A stretch of 64,000 nucleotides of DNA from Ascidiella aspersa (Eukaryota), in assembly GCA_963924565.1 (NCBI GenBank), contig OZ004610.1, positions 28,458,001-28,522,000 on the forward strand. Reading direction: 5' to 3'. The translations under genes and the position numbers were made by a program. Within the stretch, counting starts at the first letter, position 1, and each line of letters starts with the position of its first letter. Under the pieces are notes generated by a model. That model was given only the letters and a program-made list of their open reading frames with translations. It did not search any database and had not been told where the DNA came from. Positions 12,701-23,561 of this stretch are shown here, one piece after another.

Positions 12701-13765
12701 TGACGTCATTGGAAAGCCCCTTTCTCGCCTTGCACGGCGGCGATGACGTCACTTGCGCGGTCGAGGGCTCCAGGATTTTGTACAGAACGGCCAGCAGCAA
12801 GGATAAGAAACTCAAGGTTGGATGTTTTTTTAATTTTGGAGGAATTTCCAAAGATTTTCAAATGCGGGTAACTTACCATAATACTCAATTGTACATCATT
12901 TCTCCGATTTTTCCGTTTTTTTTTTAATTCCCGAAATCATTTAATAACTTCTCAAAATACTTGACTTCGAAGACATTTTTTATACGTAAGATCGATGCTG
13001 CTATGTCAAAACAATATAGACTTTCTTGTCTCAGTCAAAATCAGTCACTATAGGTTCTAGTTTATAAAAGAGAATTATATTTCGCCAATCACGGCATCAT
13101 CAGTCTCTAAAAAACGAATACAAAATAATGTAAACACGTAAACCAGGTGGTAGACTTTAAAAATCATAGGAAAATAATCATAGAACCAAGAGCAACAAAC
13201 TACGCGACCAGGTTAAAAATATATAAGATAAAAGTTATAGGTATAGGGCTATAGAAAACCGGACCATCCTGCTACCCAAGTCTTGGGAAAAACAACAGCC
13301 AGCTGTGTTGGTAAAGCGAAAAGAAAAGGGAAAAAAGGGTGGCAAGAGGTGAAAACAAACACGATAAGGCAAACGGTAGAGGCTTTGTTGTCTCAGTCAA
13401 AATCAGTCACTATAGGTTCTATCTAGTTTATAAAAGAGAAATATATTTCGTCAATCACGGCATCATTAGTCTCTAAAAAACGAATACAAAGCTATGTCAA
13501 ATTGTGTTATGCATTTTTACTGAAATAATTAGATCCTATTTATGGTACATGAACTCTGATCGGCGTTATTATGTTAATTTTTCTTTGTGTCTAATTAAAA
13601 TGCTTGCGTCGTTTAACCGTTCAGGCAATACCGTAACGCTTATCGTCTAATTGTCCTCAGATATACGACGGCGTAATGCATGACGTCATTCACGAGTTAA
13701 AACCGGACAGGGAACGCTGCTTCCAAGACACACTGGACTGGCTAAAAGAACACATAGAAAAATAA
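6702..13765 (+). CDS. MGLL: Monoglyceride lipase-like alpha/beta hydrolase, copy a (8 coding exons, ~297 aa)
   Basis: Exons 6702-6720, 6876-6987, 7582-7688, 8399-8535, 8959-9069, 11429-11518, 12604-12816, 13661-13765; all GT-AG and phase-consistent. Motifs VNAQGFYLFCKYW, HGFGGH, HDHVGNGESEG, nucleophile elbow GQSMGG, HGGDD (catalytic Asp) and MHDVIHE (catalytic His). Confidence 0.9.
7060..7481. mobile_element. MITE, CCGATA-rich family
   Basis: Terminal inverted repeats TAGAGATGTCCGATA / TATCCGACATCCCTA with internal CCGATAC/GTATCGG motifs. Related pieces lie at ~20090-20388, 31838-32095, 33638-33735, 37480-37559, 47595-48117 and 55695-55791. Confidence 0.7.
9339..10248. mobile_element. Probable non-autonomous DNA transposon
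   Basis: Imperfect TIRs CAGGCGCGTAGC..GGGGGG and CCCCCTGGATACGCCACTG. CpG-rich insert inside MGLL-a intron 5, which is much longer than the equivalent intron of copy b. Confidence 0.45.
13070..13107 (-). ncRNA. Minimal type-I hammerhead ribozyme-like motif
   Basis: RNA GAGA-CUGAUGA-U-GCC(GUGAUU)GGC-GAAA-UAUA-A-U-UCUC. Stems I and II pair; position 16.1 is A instead of U. Confidence 0.7.
13436..13473 (-). ncRNA. Minimal type-I hammerhead ribozyme-like motif (degenerate)
   Basis: RNA GAGA-CUAAUGA-U-GCC(GUGAUU)GAC-GAAA-UAUA-U-U-UCUC. G5>A and one stem II mismatch; the UH cleavage site is intact. Confidence 0.65.
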
Positions 13766-14865
13766 AAATAAACTGATAAAACGACTTTGCCATAAATACA
13801 AGGGACGCTATTTTACTTACGAGGTTACCACAGTGACTCTTAAGAAGTATATACAATATTATACATGGCCTGTTTGGTGGAAAAAGATAAAAATATATGT
13901 ACGCACTTTGCAAATGCAAACGTTAGTTTGTAACTGTTAAATCGTAATGTGCCTTCGCAGTTTTTGAAATTTTGTGTTTTTTTGTGTTGTTGTTTTACTC
14001 TTGGCGGGCGTTACAAAGTGTTGTAAATTATTTTTTTACAACGTCTGTATGAGCATAGCAGGTATATAAACAATATTATTATTATTTAACTTACTCTTCG
14101 CTATTAACTACCACTGACAGTATGGCAACACCTCTAACCCAGTCATTTCAATTTTGTCAACTTAATATCCATACCGCCTTAGGATTAACATTAAAAAACA
14201 AATACAAAGATAAACATTTCTCGACACACAGAAAAAATAATTTATTAACTATTTTAAATTCCAAGTTCCGTATACAAACTGAAATAAAAGTCCTGCTGTT
14301 AAGGTTCGTTGCACATTTTTGAACTGATTCTTGTTTTGGGACAATCTACCTTTATTTATCGACTTATTGTTTTTATTGAACTGCAACCAAACTTGGTACA
14401 CAAAAGATTCACACACATGATATCTGTCCGGTTTTAGCAATTTATTATGCCAGTCATGCGTTAAGTAATATTTCACGCAACCTAAACAAATCTCCGTATA
14501 CTTCTTCAGACTTTTATTGTGACGCTATTTTTATTTATTGCTTTTATATTTATTAAGCGTTCCATGCGTAGTTGTGTTTTCGCAATATCTTGTTTTAACT
14601 TTTATGCTATCTATACAATCCTCAATATGTTTTTTGTTACTCTGGGTATAAAAGCTTCGCCATTTTGACAAGTTGATGATTTTTCTTTCCGTTGTTGTTA
14701 ATTGTTTTCCAGTATTTGTGGTTAAGTTAAGGGTAACTTTGAAGTGACAAACCGTAGAGAAGTTCGTTTTAAAAAAATTGTACTAATCGTGTATTTCCTT
14801 GTTTTGTTTTTAGGTTGTTATAGTCCGGGTCTTTATGTTAATATTATTAAAAATTTTATAACAAA

Positions 14866-17800
14866 ATGGATTCCGCAACAGAAGGTAATTAAGTTGTATA
14901 TCTCTAGGTTAATTTTGAAAATAAATTACATACAATTTGCAGTATATGTTTCAAACATTTGATATCTGTATTTCCATGTCGTTCTTATCTGTTTCTTATT
15001 AGTAAATTTGTGGCAAAAATACGGACGATTTTGATAATTGTTAAAATGCTTTGATTTTTTGTTCCAGCTCAGAACCACAAGACGTTCACAGGAAAGCCAT
15101 TTAGTGAAGTTGATCACATCGTAAATGCCCAAGGAATTTACCTGTTTTGCAAGTACTGGAAACCAGAAGGAGAAATAAAGTAGGTGCATAGTTGTGGGAC
15201 AGAATACCAAGCCTTTTTAAATTGATAATGAACGTTATGTTGATATTTTTTTTGGATAGTCCTCCTTTACTGAGCTAAGGCCTATTTAAAACGATTTACA
15301 ATAAATGTTACGATTTTACAAGGATGAAAAACCTACGAAAACATATGTTTTTGAAGATGGCTAACTGTTCATTATATGTGCGGGCTTTTCTTATTTGCAA
15401 ACTATGTTCAAATCTGTTTTATGTTACCTAAAATCATCAATGTTTTCCTTAGTATGTATATTTCTCTTTGGATGGTTGTAAAGCAGGGGTTCTTAAACCG
15501 CCCCTTTACACAATCTATCAAAACTCGGCCCCCCCTATGCAAATAATATGTGTTATAGTCTCAATGATCAGCATTACACAGACATAGCGTAAATAGAAAA
15601 AATTGAATCTAGTACAAAGAGGAGCTCAAATGTAAAGCCTTCTATATAAGCAAAAGCTGTTTGATAGGTTTTATTTAGCTAAAACGTTAGGTTCGCGTTG
15701 TAATTAAGCAAGCCAGCATCTGCAGTACAATAAAGTTGTTTATTATGTCACAATTACGAATTGTATGAAGGTGAATTGTAGATTCCATTCCAGAAAATAG
15801 TATTTTACACAGCACAACATATGCGGTAGTGTGCACGGAGCCTTTGGAATGAAACAATTCCCTCAAACGGGAAAAGCGTACTAATATAAGAAAAACTTTT
15901 ACCCGATTCGCACAAAAATATAGTTTCGAATACAGCATAACTTGATATCAAATAAATAAAAACAAAGTTTATATTTTACGAAAAATCTTTCGCGCCCCCT
16001 TGCAAACCCTTTACGCCCCCAGTTTATAAGCCCTGATATAGAGGTTTGTGAAAATCATCTTTGTTTGTATTGCCTGATAAAGGTCTTTTATTTAGTATAG
16101 TCGCAAAGGCTGTGAATGCAGCATTTACATTTTTTTTTTCAGATTTCTTCTTGGATGCCTTCACGGCTTCGGTGGTCACTGCGTGAGATTCGATGAGCTT
16201 GCTTCACGCATCACGACAATCGGGGGACTCGTGTTTTCACATGATCACAGTAGGTCAAAAGAAGTGAACGATTGAAAACGCACAAAAAAGGATTTAAGTT
16301 TAATGTTTCTCTGCATATATTTGGGTTACTTGCACCTAATAAGCTGAAACGTAATATAGCTAATGCAAAATATGTTCGAAAATTGTCCGAACGTTAACCA
16401 AGCATTTTTAACTTTATAATTTTTGTAAAACGTGTTGCTCAGTTTACAAAGGCACGGCATTTTTTAGCTGCCGTATTCGCATGTTGAACTTTTTTTAAGT
16501 ATTTAAAAACCCGTTTTATGACAAAGGTATAGTTTGAAGAAAAAAAAGGTTGGGTTACCTAATTAAATACTCCTTGTGCAATATTACGATCCCAAACTGG
16601 CAACAAAATTAGTAGCAAGCGGTCAACACTACTATTGCTGGTCACTGGTCAGCCAAGAGCCTCAAAAAAACTTGTCAGCTAGACGCAGTTTTTTCACCTT
16701 TGAAATAAACCAATTCTCTCGTCCTCGCAGTTGGCCATGGTGAAAGCGAAGGACCCAGGACGATAGTTGACGACTACCACTACTTGATTGACGACATGAA
16801 TCAACATACTGAGAAGATGAAAAAGGAATATCCCGGACTGCCAGTGTTTTTGTACGGACAGTCGATGGTAATACGCATTTCTTTGCTACAAATTTGTCAT
16901 TTAATGCAACTTTAACCAAAAATGCGTAGCGTTGTACAACTTCTTGATCAGCGGTTCACTAGCGTCCAAATCACATATTTTAGTTTACGAACATATGTCG
17001 GATTTCAAGCCCAAGGCATTTATATCATACGTAGGATGGTTTCGAGCAAGATTTTTTTTAAATTCTATGATTGAAAAATTATGTTAACCAGACTCAGACT
17101 ACATTCGACTTATTTTTGTAAATAAATCACTTGACAGCTTATGTACAGTAAGGATAGTTTATAAAAGTATTAATTTAAGTTTAAAATCCACTGTTCCTTT
17201 TGTCCTTAAATTTTTCTTGCGTTCAAAAGTGCCAGGGTCCTCCAGTGTTTCAAGTAAGCAAAAGGGCTCCGACAGTGAAACAATTTCGGAACCCAATGTA
17301 CTGGAGTCCATTCGCAAACCAAACTTTTTTTTGTACATTTCAGGGCGGGGCTCTGGCCTCTATCGCAGTTGTGGAAAAACCGGACTTGTACAAAGGCTTT
17401 ATATCAGTCGGAGGGATGTTCGTAAAGAATACATCGCTTCAATCACCGGTCACGGTATGAACCAATTATATTCCCATAAATCCGCATAGCAGTAACCTCA
17501 GAGTCGCGTTTATCAAAGGACGAGAAAATTTGACAAAACGTGTATATAATGAAAGATGCACATTGCATACACATGTGTGTGTTTACCACTCTGATCTAGC
17601 CCTTCTGAAGCTGCTTTTTGACCAACGATTACGGCTTACGCATAATTAGTACACCGAAAAGCCATCGCAGACTCGCCAAATCTGTCGATTAATGATGCAA
17701 GCAAGGCAGGAACAACCAGCCTGCAGTGAGGTTAGAACTCACGACCTCCGGACCTTCGCTCTACCAACTGAGCTACACAGGCTCAGAGAGGAGCGAGTCG

Positions 17801-19631
17801 AGAAACAACCATACGCCAATGCTTGTATATACCTGCAATAATTTTTAACGCGTCTCTTTGATTAATGAACATATAGATTTCGGGCACTCGAATGGATTTC
17901 TTGGGTATTTGCAATAGCACAGGAAAAAAGTTGTGTTTTTTAACATTTTTGGGTATAATGGTTGAGGTTGTATTTAAACATGAACGTTCACAAAACACTT
18001 TCCATTTTTGTACTTGGTTTTGACATAAAGTTTTATTTCTGTTCACGAAATTTGTCTATAATATAGTCTATAATATATAATCTAATTTTGTCTATAACAT
18101 ATAATGTTGTATGTTGTTTTACCTAATCATTTTTCCTTGCAGAAGTTTGCCTTACGCATGGTGTCGTCGGTTGCTCCCAACTTCCAAGTGTCCAACATCA
18201 CCGAGGTGACAAGCACAAGGGACGAGGAAGAGGTATAAGTATCTTTATGTTACTGTTAATTTGTAAACCTTTTTTCTGGAGCACACTAAGACCCAAAAAG
18301 CAACAATCCCTGAAGCAGAAAAATGTATACTACAAGAGTATTCACCATCATCCCACCTTTTACTGAAAAGTTGTTTAAATTTTTTTTTTAATACCTAAAA
18401 GTGCTTCTTGAATTTAAGACTGTTTTTACCCCTTTTTTAGGTAGAAAAACAATTTATCATTTATCCTTCAGGTTTGGGGTGTACCTCAAACCTACTTCTA
18501 CTTCTTTTCCACGCAAAGTCTATATTATTTTATTTTTTACTTATTCCGAACCCCCTAAATTCACATCAGGCTCAATTGTCCGAGAACGACCCGCTCAAAA
18601 GCGGAATCGTCAAGGCTGGCATGGCCTACCAGCTCATCCGTATCGGCGACCGCGTGCAGGAGATTATGACGTCACTGGAAGCCCCCTTTCTCGCCACTCA
18701 CGGCGGCGATGACGTCACTTGTACGGTGGAGGGCTCCAAGCTGATTCACCGAGTGGCTAAGAGCAGCGATAAAACGCTTAAGGTGTTTTTTGCAAAATAG
18801 TAGCTATTATGTGTAAAAAGTTTTTCAACAACAATAAATTCTCAATATATATAAATTTAAAATTACATATTGTTCAGTATAAATACCAAAACCCATTTAA
18901 AAGTAGGAATAGCATTTTTTGTACGTTTCAAAGCCATAAAAAAAACTTAACTTCATATAAAAAAAAGTGCTACCTACTTCTATGTTGGCTTCGAGATTCC
19001 TACAACGTCTAACTAAAACCTCCAGGCATTATGCTCAAAAAACTCGATAAAAATTTAAATCAAATAGTTTTACCAGAAAAAAATTATATTTACTTTTTAC
19101 TTTTTGTAGCTTTATGCACTTCGACAATACCGATAGCTCATATCATGCAGTTATAGGTATAATATTTCTGGTCTCATAATCGGCATGTTTTCTGTGACGT
19201 TTTATTAAAAAAAATGTTTAGATCCTATTCTAGTCGTTTATTCTTTTTCCGGTAGATTTTAGACTTGTTTCTTAATCGGCCTTATAGCTGGACCTATAAG
19301 TAGCGAGTTTTAAGCCTTTGCTCGTTAGTTAAATTGCCCAGGTATGTATGGGTTAGACAGGTAATGCAAAAAAATGTTTGAATAAAGTAAAGCGGCAGCG
19401 GCTGATAAAACCTTTTTACACTGTAAAACAAACTAGGTTTTGCGAAAAAAGTGTCTATATTTCCTTTAACAGTCTCTTCAATTTTTTTCTCATCCGCTTA
19501 TCGCTTTAACACGCGATCTAATCTACTTTCAGATTTACGAGGGAGCATGCCATGACCTGATACACGAAATCCGGGTCGACAGAGACCGCTGCTTCCAGGA
19601 TATCCAAGACTGGCTGAAAGAACGTGTTTAA
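14866..19631 (+). CDS. MGLL: Monoglyceride lipase-like alpha/beta hydrolase, copy b (8 coding exons, ~295 aa)
   Basis: Exons 14866-14884, 15068-15179, 16143-16249, 16731-16867, 17344-17454, 18143-18232, 18570-18782, 19533-19631. Exons 1-7 match copy a in size and phase. Motifs HGFGGH, HDHIGHGESEG, GQSMGG, HGGDD and CHDLIHE. Confidence 0.9.
15484..16035. mobile_element. hAT-type MITE
   Basis: Imperfect TIRs CAGGGGTTCTTAAAC / GTTTATAAGCCCTG with subterminal GCCCCC motifs; no ORF. Confidence 0.55.
17590..17782 (-). mobile_element. tRNA-derived SINE (same family as 2327)
   Basis: Reverse complement begins GCCTGTGTAGCTCAGTTGGTAGAGCG ... GAGTTCTAACCTCACTGCAGGC; the body matches the 2327 and 56280 copies. 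Confidence 0.8.
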
Positions 19632-22249
19632 ATCGTTCGCCGGCCGGCTTTTGACTATTTGTTATTGTTGTAAAAGACGATATTGTGAGTTTCGGTAGAA
19701 CGTTTTATGAAACATATGGATTTTTTTTACATTTTATTTAGGTATTATTTTTTTTACATTTTATTTAGGGCACGTTGAATTTACATTGGCCGTGTTTGCA
19801 TTTTGAAAGTTTGTTTTTATCACTATTGTGACGTGTAGAGAGCAGCTGTTACGTAACAATCCGCCAGAGTGATTGCATCTTATGTAGTTGGAGTCGATTA
19901 TAGGGTCACGTAACATTGGTGTTTACTTAAGTTACTTTAGCGTGTTGTAATTGCTAGAATCTGGCTACAATCGCGCAGTTGGACGTAAGTCCAAAGATCA
20001 ACTTACTGAATTGCGCAACAAGCTAAATACGAAACCTACCTACCTTACATTTTCCCTCATGTTTTAATAGTTTAATATATTTTATCAACCTATACCCGAT
20101 ACCGATTTTTTTATATACCTGGAAACTGTTTAAACCTTTACTTAATTGAAAACAAAATCCAAATAACGTTTAGTTTATAATTGTTTAACTATTATTTTGC
20201 ATATTAACTTGGCGTAATGGCAAAACCCAAATTTTTTCATCAAAAATCGGTAAGTTGTTTGTTTTGCTGGAAAATTATATCACATTTTCATACTAAAATA
20301 TCGGCCTACATTTACCGATACCGATATATCGGTAGAAGCCAAATATCAGCCGATATTATCGGTAAACCGCTATATCGGTCTATCTCTAGTTTAAAGTGAT
20401 ATGCTCCAGCAATAGCATTGTGCTTTCTTTAGTTATAGCTATTTTTGTTTATTGAACTTAGACGTTTTCCATCACTAGGCTTGTGTTACTGTATTTGTTG
20501 CCGTTATTGCGAAACTATCTTAAAGACGTTCCGTTCATTTTGCATGCTGTGAGAGAGTGTTACCATTGCCACGTGCAATTTTCTCGTGTGTAGTTTTATT
20601 GCATGATAACGTTACTGTTATGGATGTTCTAACTTAAACGCAGCGTTACTTACGTTTTTGCACTGATATAAAGTACTCTCATTCACGCTCGCAGTGTGTA
20701 AGGTGGCGCTATGGACAGAGCCTTGATTTTAAAAGAAATTTGCATTTTTTTAATTTGAAAGACGAAAAATTTGTCAACAGAGCAACCTATTTTAGAAACT
20801 CTTAAAAGTTTTAACCATTCTTTATAATACATATATCTAGTCTAAATAGTACAAAGTGTGTTTAGTATTGCAACTTTTTCACTGGGTATTTGATGTTGTT
20901 GCACCCCCATAAACGAAAACCCGTATTGTTTTGATGCATTTTCCAATGTCTCATTGTCCCCGTGTTATATTATTTCACGCCTATAACTTACCATTTTATT
21001 CCTCTATATCCGAAATAAAACTCGCAAGACGAAAACTTAAATCGTGGTCTTTCTTGTTTCCAATTTAGTTTTCTTTTTTAATTCTGGCGCAATTACAAGC
21101 TAAACTCCTGAAGCTTGGACTATCATATGTATTGAACTTTGTCCCCAATGCGTAGCGTAGCTTTGTGTTGCCAAGTCAAAAAGGATTTCCCTTCGATACA
21201 ACCTTTCGAACTGGGCCGCATTTCGTCCACCAGGGTCGCCACGGAGCAGAAAGTGTGCAATGACGTCAAATTAACAGTAAACTAGCGGGAAGTTGAACGG
21301 GAAGCGGCAAACAGCTGCTCCAATTGGTGGTTGCTTGTATAACTAGCTATCTACAGTGGTATAAGCTTGAGCAGCCTATGTACATTATGTCCTTGAGATT
21401 CGAGTAGCCAACACTAGACATTACGACAATGACAGTCTTGTAAAACTCCGGATTTCGGCGCTACTGTTTACAATTTCCTGATATGTTAAGAAGTGGAGCA
21501 AATACTGCGAGTGAAAAAAATTCAGAGATACAGGATACATTAACTTGTCATATTAATATACTGGAAAGTGACCGAGTACATATGGAAATTGGTCATGAAT
21601 GTTGATTGGTCGATTTGAAGGTTAATTAACGCTTCTTGCAAAGAGCCGCTTATGGACTAAAAGTAGTCAAATTTTACCATTTTTAAAAATATTATTTTGT
21701 TGGTATACAAGTTATTAAAGCAAAAACTAATGAACCGAAAAACTTCGAAGTAAACTTTATTATAAAATTAAACCCCTAAACAACTGTTAACTTAATTCTA
21801 TTGTTTTACATTAAAACATTTAATCATGTTGACAGTCGGCACGGGGATTATTGTAGTTTATGGCCCACTTAAATCAAACGTAATAAAAAAAACTTGCCCT
21901 TGCAACTTAAATTCTTGTGTGCAACAACTACGTGTTGTGTTTGCATAGGGCACTTTAGAGCCGTGTTTTTAAAATTGACCTAAAATAAACCTATGGCGAG
22001 CGGATTATACAAAATGCAAAAAGGTCTGCAGAAAAGATTTTTAACGGAAATAGTGAAGTAGATCGGGTTACACTGTGGTAGCGTGAGAAATGACAAGTGG
22101 GGTTTTGTGCTTTCCCGCCATTTCTAACACTTAAAACCCACTTCAGTCCGAATTCAGAATGGCAACAGAAAAAAAGGAAATAGTAACTGGATTCTGTTCC
22201 CACTGGAATATACAGCGGGCTAGTTAATGTAAATAGATCTCCGCGCGCG

Positions 22250-22800
22250 AACAAAACAATTAGTTTTGTCTCCCGAACTAGCACCGATTATTCTTTAAGT
22301 GTGTTAAAAACAATCATGTAATCCGTCCGCTTACTATCCAACCGCCGAATTCCGCCCATCGCTGAGGCCTTCGTAAAACGCGCGGCGGTCGCCTATTGTT
22401 TAGAAACACGAGGCAGGGCGACTTGTAGTAAGCTTGCAAGAGAGAGCGAGGATAAATAACAAAAGCGGGCTTGAATCAGCCAGGTCGACCCAATTGCCAT
22501 GACGCGGCCGCCACGAAGGCAGCGTGGTAACGGCTGAACGACTTCGATAAAAAACAAAGCGGCGTAGTATCGCGCGCGATAAAAGAGAGAAAGAAAATGG
22601 GATATTTTCGGCGCTCTGAAGCTAACTGCTGCGCGAGGCAGTTGTAAAAGGCAGTGAGTGCGATTTTGCCTCGAGGCCTGCTTACGTAACTCAACGGGCT
22701 ACGGCGGGAATTCACTCAATCGTGGTCGGGCTGCGGCGTGGCTGTAGTGTAGGCACAGGAGCTTTGTTTGAGACAATTTTAAGTACTGTACTTTCAGCAG
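22250..22800 (+). promoter_or_regulatory. CpG-rich promoter region upstream of RNASEH2C/DEPTOR
   Basis: Sharp rise in CpG/GC (CGCGCG, GCGGCCGC) immediately 5' of RNASEH2C; candidate acceptor TACTTTCAG at ~22797. Confidence 0.5.
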
Positions 22801-22939
22801 CTTACATAGCGCGGTATTATAGGGAGAGCTGTGTGTAGCGTTGTTGCCTGTGGATTACTGAGGATTTGTTTGCTGCTACGCTTTCGAAGGTGCTTTCCTA
22901 TATTACGTCGGCCATTAATCTTGCGATATTAAATTTGAA

Positions 22940-23356
22940 ATGAGTATCAAGATAGTTGGCGATCCGGCCGATTTGCAAGGCGAAGCCATTTTACACCATC
23001 TGCCTTGCACCATCGAATCGGACGATGTTGCCAATGTCACTCGGTATTTTAACATCAAAGATGACAACAGCAATGGCATGAAAACTGCTTCTTTCAGGGG
23101 AAGGCCGCTGGAAGGAAAAACCATCAAAGTTGCTGACGGATACGTGGGCCTTGTGTTGGAGGAAAAGAGAAAACCTTTTTGCGAAGAGCAGGACCGCACT
23201 TTGGAAGTATCGCAGAAGTTTAGCGAATTTACCCAGTGGTATCTCGATTCTCAATACTTAAGCAGAAATGGTGTTGAAAACAGCTGCAATACCTGGCAAG
23301 ATAAACTGTCAAAAGCGATACACGACCCCATTGATGTGGAACAAGTTTTTTATTAG
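22940..23356 (+). CDS. RNASEH2C: Ribonuclease H2 subunit C, intronless, 138 aa
   Basis: Motifs LHHLPCTI..D..ANVTRYF, ASFRGRPLEG, GYVGLVL, FSEFTQW.LD and C-terminal W...SKAIHDP are typical of RNase H2 subunit C. Confidence 0.92.
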   Translation: MSIKIVGDPADLQGEAILHHLPCTIESDDVANVTRYFNIKDDNSNGMKTASFRGRPLEGKTIKVADGYVGLVLEEKRKPFCEEQDRTLEVSQKFSEFTQWYLDSQYLSRNGVENSCNTWQDKLSKAIHDPIDVEQVFY

Positions 23357-23561
23357 TATGCTGTCTGTGTTACATTTCACTGCCAAACCTTTTTCTTTAA
23401 AGTTCTCAAATACATTGAAAATGATGCTGCTTTTACTTGTTTTGATACAAAATGTTTGTTTTTGCAGAAATTCAAATTGTGTAACTGGTAATTATTAAAC
23501 TTTTGTATCTATTTTGCTGTTTTGTGTAGCCATTAAACTGCAATCAAACAACCTATACAAT

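Larger units (their letters stand above)
13011..13490 (-). mobile_element. Retrozyme/Penelope-related non-autonomous retroelement with two tandem hammerhead motifs
   Basis: 11-bp target-site duplication GCTATGTCAAA at 13000-13010 and 13491-13501. A ~100-bp direct repeat at each end contains a minus-strand hammerhead core (13070-13107 and 13436-13473), 366 nt apart. Confidence 0.75.

Noticed and set aside
21100-21560. GC-richer patch as a hidden exon
   Set aside because: The minus-strand frames I translated are interrupted by stops, the ORF track shows nothing here, and no convincing splice-bounded frame was found.
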